A stretch of 64,000 nucleotides of DNA from Candidatus Babeliales bacterium (GCA_963722255.1 CAVRJO010000001.1:841775-905774); one strand, 5' to 3'; shown: positions 19,701 through 29,020, counted from the stretch's first letter. Made by a program: numbers and translations. The notes: generated from the sequence alone by a model not told the origin.

Positions 19701-20824
19701 TATGCTTGATGGTTAAGGAGCATATTTAAGTTTCTCCTGTCTCGATTTCCATAATTTACCATCTCACGTTTTTGTTGCATTTTCAACTGATCTAATGTTG
19801 GCGCAAACTGTTTTTGTTTGCGCAAGAGGTCAATTTTTTCTGCCTCTATTTCTTGTAATGATTTTTCTTTACCCAATATAGTTTGCGTTTCAACCGTTGG
19901 TTCTTCCAACTGTTGCAGTGTATACGTTATGTTTATTTCTTGTTGATTACGCAGAAGGGTTACTTCGATGGTACTTCCAAGATCCATTGAAATTATTTTT
20001 TGATAAATTTCAAAACGCGAATCAGTTGTTGTAGCGGGTATTGCATTTATTGATTCGATAATATCGCCTGTTTGCAATCCCAGAGCAATTCCAATTGTTT
20101 TTGGTTGTAACGTACCAATTCGGCATCCAATGCTTTGTCCTTTTTTGTAAACAGTGAATAAATTGAGCGTCTCAATAAGTTCAGCTAAGTTAGGAATCGA
20201 CTGAATAAATGCACGAGGATCAACAAGATAATCAAATGGCCCTTTCTTTTGAACAACAGAAGACCAATTTGCTCGTGATTGCATTTGCTGATCGATTTCA
20301 GCATCATACTGATTTACATAAAGGGTCTCTTGTTGGCCATTTGAGCGTACTAAAATAATTTTATTGGTGAAAATTCTTATGAGTTGTGCATCATCGATTC
20401 TATCACCTACGATATAGTTTTTCGTGATTGAATTCTTACTGTCTTGAATAATGGCAATATTTTCAGATTCATCTGAAAGAGTAATTATTCCCTTAAGAAC
20501 AATCTGTAAAGGTTCTAAAAACTTAGGAGGCAATGCAAGAGGGACTTTTACCGGTTGAGGAGTTGGTGGTTCAGGCATAGTAATTTTTTGAACCTCTTTT
20601 TCTTCCTCTTTTAATTCCTGTGGTTTGTATGTTTCAAAAAGATCATTGATATAAATTTTACTTAAATCAATTTTTGAAACAGCTTTTTTCGGTAATTTTA
20701 TTTCCATTTTTGATGTTAAAGGTACTGGGGTAGGAACTTTTTGTTGTGAAATAAACATGAACCCTACAATCGTTATGAAAACAATAAAAAGTATATCATT
20801 AACGAGCCAAAAGGGATGTTTCAT
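19700..20824 (-). CDS. gspC: GspC-like protein (TM, HR domain, PDZ)
   Basis: N-terminal TM, Pro-rich linker, LKGII..AII..Y.VGD HR domain, GLQTGDIIESIN PDZ; directly upstream of gspD. Confidence 0.82.
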   Translation of the reverse strand: MKHPFWLVNDILFIVFITIVGFMFISQQKVPTPVPLTSKMEIKLPKKAVSKIDLSKIYINDLFETYKPQELKEEEKEVQKITMPEPPTPQPVKVPLALPPKFLEPLQIVLKGIITLSDESENIAIIQDSKNSITKNYIVGDRIDDAQLIRIFTNKIILVRSNGQQETLYVNQYDAEIDQQMQSRANWSSVVQKKGPFDYLVDPRAFIQSIPNLAELIETLNLFTVYKKGQSIGCRIGTLQPKTIGIALGLQTGDIIESINAIPATTTDSRFEIYQKIISMDLGSTIEVTLLRNQQEINITYTLQQLEEPTVETQTILGKEKSLQEIEAEKIDLLRKQKQFAPTLDQLKMQQKREMVNYGNRDRRNLNMLLNHQA

Positions 20825-20953
20825 TAAGCTTTCCTTTTTTAAATTTTATTTTCAAACAATAACCTTGTTGGGTTAGGTTTGTCAAGCGGAAATTTAAGAT
20901 TCTTGAGGCGTTGTCAGCTAAATGAAAAGTGAGAAAATGCATATTAATAACAC

Positions 20954-21940
20954 CTATGGCGTAGGAATGGTGTTAAGAATTATGCGAACAATATCATCCG
21001 ATTCAATTGCTTGACTTTCGGCCTCGTAGGTCAGAATAATTCTATGTCTTAATATTGGCAATGCTACAGCTTTAATATCATCAGGAGTTACAAAATATCT
21101 TTTTTTCAGAAAAGCATGCGCTTGAGCCGCATTGATAAGAGCAATAGTTGCGCGCGGTGAAACACCATATTTTATCAAGTTTTTGAGTTGATTAAGATTA
21201 AATAATTCTGGGGTTCTCGTTGCAAAGACAAGCGCTATGCAATAATTATAAATTTTTTCATCAATATATATATCTTTAATAAGCCGTTGCTGAGTCAAAA
21301 TTTCTTCATGAGAAATTTGCTGTGTAATGGGCAGTTCAAGATGAGTCTTTTTAACAATCTCTTTTTCTTGTTCCATTGTTGGGTAGGTGACGAGGAGCTT
21401 AAACATGAAGCGATCGATTTGAGCTTCAGGTAGTCGATAAGTGCCTTCTTGTTCTACGGGATTTTGAGTAGCAAACACCAAAAATGGTTTTTCAAGATTA
21501 AAGGTTGTAGATCCAATAGTAACTTGTTGCTCTTGCATTGCTTCAAGAAGTGCTGCTTGCACCTTTGCCGGAGCCCGATTAATTTCATCAGCTAAAATTA
21601 AATTTGCAAAAATAGGGCCTTTTTTTGTTTCAAAATCTTGAGTTTTTTGATTATAAATTAAAGTCCCAATTAGATCTGCCGGAAGAAGATCTGGTGTAAA
21701 TTGAATTCGTTTGAATGAAAGGCCCAATGCTTTTGTTATGGCTTTAATCATAGTTGTTTTTGCAACTCCAGGAACTCCCTCAAGAAGGACATGGCCATTG
21801 CAAAGAATGCTTATAAGAATAAAGGTGATAATATCTTCATGACCAACAATAACTTTGCTTACTTCGTGAGCTATGTTGGTAAATTTTTTTTCTTCTTTAA
21901 TGTGTTCTGCAAGGGTAACGCTTGAAACATGTGCTTCCAT
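20954..21940 (-). CDS. moxR: MoxR-family AAA+ ATPase
   Basis: LLEGVPGVAKT, RIQFTPDLLPAD, DEINRAPAKVQAALLEAMQE, ATQNPVEQEGTY. Confidence 0.93.
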   Translation of the reverse strand: MEAHVSSVTLAEHIKEEKKFTNIAHEVSKVIVGHEDIITFILISILCNGHVLLEGVPGVAKTTMIKAITKALGLSFKRIQFTPDLLPADLIGTLIYNQKTQDFETKKGPIFANLILADEINRAPAKVQAALLEAMQEQQVTIGSTTFNLEKPFLVFATQNPVEQEGTYRLPEAQIDRFMFKLLVTYPTMEQEKEIVKKTHLELPITQQISHEEILTQQRLIKDIYIDEKIYNYCIALVFATRTPELFNLNQLKNLIKYGVSPRATIALINAAQAHAFLKKRYFVTPDDIKAVALPILRHRIILTYEAESQAIESDDIVRIILNTIPTP

Positions 21941-22077
21941 TTTTTACCTCACAATACTAAAAATTTTATTACAAAACAGAAAAATATACATGATCATTGT
22001 ACCAAGAGAGTCTCTCTTTGACAAGGAGGATATTTATAATAAAAATTATAGTAGTGAGACATGTTAATGTAGAAAAA

Positions 22078-23919
22078 CTAGCTTCTCTGCATTCTTTTTG
22101 CTCTAACCAAAAGATCTTTTAAGTGAGCAGCAACTCTTTTTAATTCTTCTAATTGTGCTATGAGTTTATTTGTATTTACAGGAGTTCTTGTAGCTATGCT
22201 TCTTTTTCTTTCCTCTTCTTTACGACGTTCTTCTGCTTGCGCGCTGCGTTGAGCTTCGAGTTGTTCTTTTTTTCGTTGTTCTTCAAGAGCTTTTTTGCGC
22301 TGCTCTTCTTTTTGTTTTTTTTCTCGTTCTCTTTGCGCTTCTTCTTGCCGTTTACGTTCGCGCTCTCCTTGCTCTCTTCTTTTCCGTTCTTCTTCTAAGC
22401 GGCGTTGTTCTTCAAGAGCTTTTTTATGCAGTTCCAGTTCTCTTTGGCCTCGCTCTTGTTCAAATTTTTCAATCTTTTCTCTTTCTATACGTTGGGCTTC
22501 AAAAAGGCTTGCTTTTTCTTCTTCTTCTCTACGTTTTTTTCTTAATTCTTCTGCTTTTTTTTCTTCTTCTAGAAGCTTATCAATGAGTTTTGAAATGGCT
22601 TTTTCATCTGCTTCTTTTTGTTTGCCCTTTTGTTCTTTTTTCTCTATTTTTTCTATTAATAGTTTTCTTGTTGCTTTTTCTCTTTCGGCTTGTTTACGTA
22701 TAGCTTCTTGCATTTCTTCTCGTCGTTTTTGTCCTTCCTCTGTAGGAGCTTCTTGAGCAGCTTCTTCGATTTGTTGGTAAAAAAGAATGTAACCGTCTTT
22801 ATTAATCTCTTGTTGGGCTTGTGTCTCTGTAACCCGATTAAAAGCTGAGTCGTTACATAAATACCATTGATTGTTTAATTTTACATAAGCAACATAATGA
22901 CCAGAATTTGCAGCAGGTCCTTGATGATTAATTGCTGCATAAAGATCATATTTTGTATTCTTTGTGCCTTCTATAAATTTCGTCATACTAAGGATGAAGG
23001 GAATTTCTATCTTGTGCGATAATTTTATGACATCGCGGTCATTCTTTTCTGGGTCAAAGCCACTTCCAAATCTCAAAAGGTTGATCAACAATATCGGCGA
23101 TGGTTGCGTTATTTGCTGTTCATAAAGTTGTTTATTTAGCATCTCGGTCAAACTGGCATAACGCTGTATTTTTGATAGAATCTTAATCCGTCCTTTTGAG
23201 CTATAAGCATCTGAAGATTCTCCTCGTTCTACTTGATTAAAATTTAATATTTCATTACCAGCAAACGTCGGTAGAAAAAGCAAAAGTTGTGGTCGAATAT
23301 ATGGTTCTTCTTTTATTTTGAAAAATAAAAGATCTGATATTTTTTTATAGTTTATCGAATCTTCATTGGTGCCTTGTAATGAAGAAATTAATCTATCTAA
23401 AAATTCGCTCGCATCTTGTTCTTCAGCCATTTTTTGAATTTTGTTCAAGAGGATTTTTATTTCTTCAGGATTTTTTTTAAGGGTATTTGCTAATGTTTTG
23501 ACAAGTTCTGATTCCTTGCCTTGTTCTTTTCCATATTGTTTCAAAGATTCTTCAAGAGCTCTCTTTAATTCTATATCTTCTATTGAAGATGATTCTTCTT
23601 CTTTAATAGAAGGTGATTCGCGTTGCTCAGTAGTAGGTACAAGGGAAGAATAAAATGTGAATAAAGAAGCATCGATCGCGTGTTGATCATTGAGTTTAAT
23701 TGAGTTCAATAAGTTTTGAAATTGTTGTGAGATTGGGTCAGTAAATTGTAAAGTTGGTATAAGCTCTGTCAATGGATTAGTTGCATTAAGCGCTTGAATA
23801 ATTGCATTGACATAACAGCTGCTCCCATAATTTCTTAACTTTGGTGGTTGTGTTTTAATTGAAATTGGAAACACAACTAAAAACAATAAACAACTTACTA
23901 TCAAAATAATTTTTTTCAT
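22078..23919 (-). CDS. Secreted USP-family (peptidase C19) deubiquitinase with UIM and C-terminal coiled coil
   Basis: Signal peptide; Cys box LRNYGSSCYVNAIIQAL; QDASEFL; LLINLLRF; His box HQG..NSGHYVAYVK..WYLCNDS; GYILFYQ. Confidence 0.88.
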   Translation of the reverse strand: MKKIILIVSCLLFLVVFPISIKTQPPKLRNYGSSCYVNAIIQALNATNPLTELIPTLQFTDPISQQFQNLLNSIKLNDQHAIDASLFTFYSSLVPTTEQRESPSIKEEESSSIEDIELKRALEESLKQYGKEQGKESELVKTLANTLKKNPEEIKILLNKIQKMAEEQDASEFLDRLISSLQGTNEDSINYKKISDLLFFKIKEEPYIRPQLLLFLPTFAGNEILNFNQVERGESSDAYSSKGRIKILSKIQRYASLTEMLNKQLYEQQITQPSPILLINLLRFGSGFDPEKNDRDVIKLSHKIEIPFILSMTKFIEGTKNTKYDLYAAINHQGPAANSGHYVAYVKLNNQWYLCNDSAFNRVTETQAQQEINKDGYILFYQQIEEAAQEAPTEEGQKRREEMQEAIRKQAEREKATRKLLIEKIEKKEQKGKQKEADEKAISKLIDKLLEEEKKAEELRKKRREEEEKASLFEAQRIEREKIEKFEQERGQRELELHKKALEEQRRLEEERKRREQGERERKRQEEAQREREKKQKEEQRKKALEEQRKKEQLEAQRSAQAEERRKEEERKRSIATRTPVNTNKLIAQLEELKRVAAHLKDLLVRAKRMQRS

Positions 23920-24044
23920 GACCACCCTCATAAACTTTTACTGATGTTTTAGTTTAGGCATAAAGGTGTTCAATAAGTCAATTGTTGTGAGTGTATTTAT
24001 AAAATTAAATAAAAACAAAGCTGTATATTTTTATCAATAAATTA

Positions 24045-24836
24045 TTATGATTTTTTTGTTAATCCTGACATTAGTTCAGTTCCCAAAAAAATCCAACCAA
24101 TTGTAGCAATACTGATTTTCACAGATTTTATAAAAGGAGAAGAACCAATAAAATCTTCTGAAGCCATTAAGCGCCATAACGTACCAATCCCAACTGCACC
24201 ATGAAATGTCGCTAACGCTAGAGATGTTTTTGGGTTTTTTTGCATGAATGCCTTTCGTTTAGGAGAAATGGCAGGTGTTTCTGCAGCTGTTTGCATTGTT
24301 TCATAAAGCCTTTCGGCATAGGCGCGTATTCCTGGAGTAAGTAACAGACTATTTAAAGCAATGCTGGGATATGCATATTCATCTTGCAAGAGATATTCGT
24401 TTTCTTCAAAATTATAATTCCAAACTGTGGCAGAGCCTTTGGAGTTTGCTTCTTCTTTTAAAAATACTTTGTTGATTAGTGAGGCAATGATTTCTTTATC
24501 TTTTTTATATTCTTGAATAATAAATTTTTTTACAGTTTCATGTTGAATGAATTGTTTTAAATTTATAATTTGTTGAGCATGTTCATCATTAATAAGATAT
24601 GTGGGAATACAACGAACAATAACTGTTTTCTTACCTTGATATTCTTCATAAAAACATACATTGTCAGCTAATGATTTTTGTGCTAAAACTTCACCCATTG
24701 CGTCATGGTCTCCAAAATGAGTTGTGAATTCTGTGCTTGGGTTTTGTTGTGATTCTTGCTGTTCCATTGAGTAGCAAAAATTAATTAATGATACTATTGT
24801 TAAAAAAAACAGTGATTTTAAATTAATTTTTTTCAT
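24045..24836 (-). CDS. Secreted orphan with C-terminal hydrophobic hairpin
   Basis: Signal peptide then MEQ; two hydrophobic segments at the C-terminus. Confidence 0.7.
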   Translation of the reverse strand: MKKINLKSLFFLTIVSLINFCYSMEQQESQQNPSTEFTTHFGDHDAMGEVLAQKSLADNVCFYEEYQGKKTVIVRCIPTYLINDEHAQQIINLKQFIQHETVKKFIIQEYKKDKEIIASLINKVFLKEEANSKGSATVWNYNFEENEYLLQDEYAYPSIALNSLLLTPGIRAYAERLYETMQTAAETPAISPKRKAFMQKNPKTSLALATFHGAVGIGTLWRLMASEDFIGSSPFIKSVKISIATIGWIFLGTELMSGLTKKS

Positions 24837-24839
24837 TTT

Positions 24840-25577
24840 TTACTTGCTCAAAATTAAATCGGTATTATCCAAATGATCTCTTATCTCTGTTGCCCATATA
24901 ATTGCTATTTTAACATCTTCAATTTTATTGTTTTTTCTATTGGTTATGCAAGAAGGCAGGTGTTTTTCGATTCTTTCTTTTGTAAAAAAACCTGAAAGAA
25001 TAGTAGATAATCCAAAAATAGTTCCAGCTCCAACTAATTTGAAATCAGTTTCATAGCTGTTAAAACCGAATTTAAAAAAGTAATAACTCGAAATGCCAAG
25101 GATGGTAGTAATGCCTCCGCAAAAAAGTGAATCTATCGCTATTTTTTTAAAAGATTTATTATGTGGGAAATTTGCTTGTTCCCGCAAATAGTTTTGGTAT
25201 TGCCGTAATCCTTCAAGTTCAATTTCAGAATTTTCTTGAATATGCTTTTTTTGTCGTATGAAATTATAAGTATCGTTAATTTTTACCAATTTTGTTAAAA
25301 ATCGCGCTCGTGTTCTGAAATCAACTAATTCTTCATGAGATTTATTTTCATTATTATCTACAGAGCTTGTTGAAGGAGTTAGTAGAAATTGTATCCAAAA
25401 ATAATCAAATAAACAATCAAGAAAGCTTTTATCATTTTTTTGAGTAAGCCCTTTTGCTATTCCTTTTCCTAATTCCTTTCTAAACCCTTTACGAAAATCG
25501 TCCATACCTTTTATAGTGATGCATGAGAGGGATAGTGCAAGGATAATAAAAAAATACTGTATACTTTTGTTTTTCAT
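24840..25577 (-). CDS. Secreted orphan with bilobed hydrophobic segment
   Basis: Signal peptide then MDD; paired TM segments. Confidence 0.7.
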   Translation of the reverse strand: MKNKSIQYFFIILALSLSCITIKGMDDFRKGFRKELGKGIAKGLTQKNDKSFLDCLFDYFWIQFLLTPSTSSVDNNENKSHEELVDFRTRARFLTKLVKINDTYNFIRQKKHIQENSEIELEGLRQYQNYLREQANFPHNKSFKKIAIDSLFCGGITTILGISSYYFFKFGFNSYETDFKLVGAGTIFGLSTILSGFFTKERIEKHLPSCITNRKNNKIEDVKIAIIWATEIRDHLDNTDLILSK

Positions 25578-25594
25578 AAATTTGTCCGTTTAAT

Positions 25595-26725
25595 TTAATA
25601 ATCCCCTTGTAAAATACGACTTCTATACTGCTCCATCAATTTTACCATAAAGTGCAAATTATGAATTGTTGCCAAAGTATAACCTGTTAACTCGTGTGCT
25701 TTGAATAAATGGTGCAAGTAAGCTCGTGTATACTGTTTGCAAGTAAAGCATACACAATTTTTATCAACCGGTTCAAAGCTTTCTTTATTGCTACCATGCA
25801 TAATTTTGAGATTTCCCATCGTAGTAAAAAGCAATCCGTGACGAGCACAACGGGTTGGATGCGAACTATCAAAGGTATCAATACCAAGCTGAATAGCCTG
25901 ATCCAATGAAAGTAGATCCCCAATGCCTAATAAATGATTTGGTTTTTCTTCAGGAATATGAGGCATGATATCGGTAAGCATAGTAATCATCTCTTCACGA
26001 TTTTTACCTAAACTTCCGCCAATTGCATGGCCATCAAAATCAAGCGATCCAAGGATTTGGCAACTTTTTTTGCGCAGTTCAGGATCAATACCTCCATGGA
26101 TAACTGAGTAAATGGCCTGGTTATTTATATTTTTTTTATGTTCATTAAGTGACCGTTCTTCCCAGCGGTGAGTGCGATCAAATGATTTTTTCAGTGCGCG
26201 TTGATCAATATGATAAGGCGGCAGCTCATCAAAGGGGATAATAATATCAGCGCCAAGAGATTTTTGAGCTTGAATAGAAACTTCCGGAGTTAAGAGTAAG
26301 GGCGACCCATCGCGATACGAACGAAAAAGAACTCCCTCTTCAGAAGTTTTAATAACAGATCCTTCAGTCTTTTTGGTGCCGCGGCTTTTAAGCTCATCAT
26401 GAACCGTGCCATAGGCCAAACTAAAAACCTGGAAGCCACCGGAATCAGTAATAATGGGGCCTTTCCGTTTGATAAAAGTGTGTAGCCCGCCGGCCTTTTT
26501 AACAATATCAACGCCGGGTTGAACCATAAGATGGTATGTATTGCAAAACATAAGTTGTATGCCAATTTCATCAACAAGATGGCTATCGATTGCCTTAAGG
26601 GTTCCGTTGGTGCCAACGGCAACAAAATTTGGGGTATCGATAATGCCATGCGGGGTGTGGATTTTTCCTACACGGGCTCGTGATTTTTTTGATTGATAGA
26701 TGCGTTCAAAGTGTAACTGTTTCAT
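25595..26725 (-). CDS. tgt: tRNA-guanine transglycosylase
   Basis: CNTYHL, TDSGGFQVFSL, HLLGIG, DTFDS, C-x-C-x2-C zinc site, TIHNL. Confidence 0.96.
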   Translation of the reverse strand: MKQLHFERIYQSKKSRARVGKIHTPHGIIDTPNFVAVGTNGTLKAIDSHLVDEIGIQLMFCNTYHLMVQPGVDIVKKAGGLHTFIKRKGPIITDSGGFQVFSLAYGTVHDELKSRGTKKTEGSVIKTSEEGVLFRSYRDGSPLLLTPEVSIQAQKSLGADIIIPFDELPPYHIDQRALKKSFDRTHRWEERSLNEHKKNINNQAIYSVIHGGIDPELRKKSCQILGSLDFDGHAIGGSLGKNREEMITMLTDIMPHIPEEKPNHLLGIGDLLSLDQAIQLGIDTFDSSHPTRCARHGLLFTTMGNLKIMHGSNKESFEPVDKNCVCFTCKQYTRAYLHHLFKAHELTGYTLATIHNLHFMVKLMEQYRSRILQGDY

Positions 26726-27389
26726 AAGGCTTTACTCGCGAAATTCTTTTTGAGAACCAAAGGAATGGGGTTGTTCCTGCAATTACCATGAGTTTTATGC
26801 AGTAGCTGATACAAATAACTGGAATTATAGAATCAAGTGTACCATAAAGCCCTAAAAAGCTAAAGAGGATAGTGTCAAGGAGCTGTGAAAAAACCAAAGA
26901 GGCATAATTGCGAAAGACAAGATAGTTATTATGGAGCCTTTTTCTTAGGAGCTCATAAAGAAAGGAGTCTATACGTTGAACAATATAGTAGGTAAATAAT
27001 GAAGCGCAGATTATGCGTGGCATAAGCCCAAAGAGATGGTGAGCGTGATGGTGCATGGTGTCATGCATGCTTGGCATATAGAGAAGATGTATTTGTGAAA
27101 GTAGGGTATAGACGAGCGAAAGAATAAAACTAATGTTAATTGCTTTTTGTGTTATTCTTTTACCATAATACTCTTGTAAAAGATTTAAGCTAAGTACGAG
27201 ACCTATGGTTAAGGCATCGGTAGGTGTTGCTTGAAACCCAAAGAGCATGATTTGTTTGGTTACAAAGAGATTAGAAAGAATTGCAAGTAAACCTATAAAA
27301 GTTATTAATGCTTCTTTGCCCAGATAGAGTGCGCCTAGTGCGCATCCTGTTATAAAAAGAGCATGGAAAACAAAAATAAGTTCATTCAT
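26706..27389 (-). CDS. Queuosine precursor transporter (YhhQ/COG1738 family)
   Basis: SNLFVTKQ, LQEYYGK, PRII.ASL, RNY.S..FSQLLDTILFSFLG; overlaps tgt. Confidence 0.88.
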   Translation of the reverse strand: MNELIFVFHALFITGCALGALYLGKEALITFIGLLAILSNLFVTKQIMLFGFQATPTDALTIGLVLSLNLLQEYYGKRITQKAINISFILSLVYTLLSQIHLLYMPSMHDTMHHHAHHLFGLMPRIICASLFTYYIVQRIDSFLYELLRKRLHNNYLVFRNYASLVFSQLLDTILFSFLGLYGTLDSIIPVICISYCIKLMVIAGTTPFLWFSKRISRVKPYETVTL

Positions 27390-27394
27390 GCTAG

Positions 27395-28192
27395 CTATGC
27401 CTTATTCAAGAGATATGATAATACTGATTGTTTGAACGAAGCTGGGATAAATAATCCCGCAGTTAGCCCCACTAATCCAGTTGCGAGCATGCATGTGCCT
27501 GAATAGTTTTTAAAAAAGCTGCTTTTTTTGTTTAGGTGCTCTGCAGGTATACGTTCCTCGGGTTTTGTTGCTATTGAGGTTGGCTGCAATATTTCAATTT
27601 TAGATTGTAGTAATTTTGCTTGGGATTGCCGAAATTGTTCTTCAATTTTACGGTTTTTTTTGATCAATCTCTCTCTTGTAGCTCGTATATTATCAAGATC
27701 TTTTTGTAGTATTTTATATTCCTCATTTAATATACTTATATCAACTCTTAAGGCTTCTCGTTCTTCCTGTAAATCTTCTTCCGAAAAATCTATGATAGGC
27801 TCAGGAGCTCGTTGATTACTTTGAATATTTAAATGACGCCTAAGGCTTGCTATTTTTCGTATCTTTCTTTCTAATCTATCGCTTTTTGGTTTTTGTAGCG
27901 CATTTATAAACTCTCCAACTTCGATTCCTGTAGTAAATGTTGTTAGCGGTATTGCTTTGAGTTTTTTAAAAATTTCTCCAAGAGTCGGTAACGATATAAA
28001 ATTGGTCGCTTCGTGTGAATTTGAAAAATGAGAAATGTCAGGACGATATGCTGCCGCAGAAATACAGTGTAAGCCATCTCCTGGTTTGGCTTCGTATATT
28101 TTAGACTTTTTGTTCATGGTTTTTGTAACATGAATAGAGCCTAAGCCAATTAGAAATAATAGAAGATTTGAAAAAATTAAAGACTTTTTCAT
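27395..28192 (-). CDS. Secreted coiled-coil protein with C-terminal TM
   Basis: Signal peptide then MNK; coiled coil; TM; ends SYLLNKA. Confidence 0.72.
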   Translation of the reverse strand: MKKSLIFSNLLLFLIGLGSIHVTKTMNKKSKIYEAKPGDGLHCISAAAYRPDISHFSNSHEATNFISLPTLGEIFKKLKAIPLTTFTTGIEVGEFINALQKPKSDRLERKIRKIASLRRHLNIQSNQRAPEPIIDFSEEDLQEEREALRVDISILNEEYKILQKDLDNIRATRERLIKKNRKIEEQFRQSQAKLLQSKIEILQPTSIATKPEERIPAEHLNKKSSFFKNYSGTCMLATGLVGLTAGLFIPASFKQSVLSYLLNKA

Positions 28193-28288
28193 AAAATACT
28201 CCATTTATTATGATTATAATGTATTTTAATATATTTCAAATGTAACATAAATCTAAAAAAAGACAACTTACTATTAAGTGAGTATTCT

Positions 28289-29020
28289 TTAAGCTTTAGT
28301 AAGTAGATATGAGAAAATCGTCTGTTTTACTATAGGTAATGCTAATCCTGTAGCCAAGCCAATAGCTGCAGTAACTAGTGGTATGGAATAGGTGGAAAGA
28401 GGACTCAAATGCTTTTGTGGTATTTGTTGTGTTGTGTTTGGCATCTTTGTACAATTTCTTCTTACTTGTTCAAGATCATTAGGCACATTGGCTGTTCGTG
28501 CTTTTTTAGGATAGGATGGCTTCTTTTTTTCTTTCAAAATAGCCTTGATCGTATTTGTTTTTTCGGCTTTTCTTCCAATTTCTTCCTTTAATTTTCTATT
28601 TTTTGCGATTAGGTTGTTATTTCTTCTTATTAATCTTCTTCTGGTTTCAAGCAGTTTGTCGCGCTCCTCTTTAATTGGTGTTAAAAGAATATTGAAAAAG
28701 TTTTCGAGACAAAGCCTTGAACTATTTCTATTAAAGGCAATCGAAGAAACTGCATTGTTAACTACTTCACTAGTCAAACCAAATTTGTGAATATCGCCAT
28801 AATTTATTGTAAGCATTGTATTGGTATTAAGGCTACCAGCTAAAGTTCGAGCAAGTGCTGTAAAAATTCTTAAATGCTCTTCTTTTTTTTGATATTTTGA
28901 TTTTATTTTAAATGTCAGTTCTTGAACATAATGAGCGACTTCAATTTCCATAGTCATAGATAGCATTGGTATCAAGTTAAGAATTGCCAACAAAGATAAA
29001 GATTTTGCCATTTTTTTCAT
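28289..29020 (-). CDS. Secreted coiled-coil protein with C-terminal TM, paralog of 27395-28192
   Basis: TRRRLIRRN vs TRERLIKKN; ends KQTIFSYLLTKA vs KQSVLSYLLNKA. Confidence 0.72.
   Translation of the reverse strand: MKKMAKSLSLLAILNLIPMLSMTMEIEVAHYVQELTFKIKSKYQKKEEHLRIFTALARTLAGSLNTNTMLTINYGDIHKFGLTSEVVNNAVSSIAFNRNSSRLCLENFFNILLTPIKEERDKLLETRRRLIRRNNNLIAKNRKLKEEIGRKAEKTNTIKAILKEKKKPSYPKKARTANVPNDLEQVRRNCTKMPNTTQQIPQKHLSPLSTYSIPLVTAAIGLATGLALPIVKQTIFSYLLTKA

Noticed and set aside
22274..22425. 23-bp direct repeat CGTTGTTCTTCAAGAGCTTTTTT, two copies
   Set aside because: It encodes the repeated KKALEEQR in the USP coiled coil; there is no spacer array, so it is not CRISPR.
22480..22620. MIU-type ubiquitin-binding motifs in the USP coiled coil
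   Set aside because: The match is weak and cannot be separated from generic Glu/Lys/Arg-rich helix.
22153..22756. Antisense Ser/Phe-rich ORFs, and similar shadow ORFs across the track
   Set aside because: They are reverse-complement or alternate-frame shadows of well-supported genes, with no motifs of their own.
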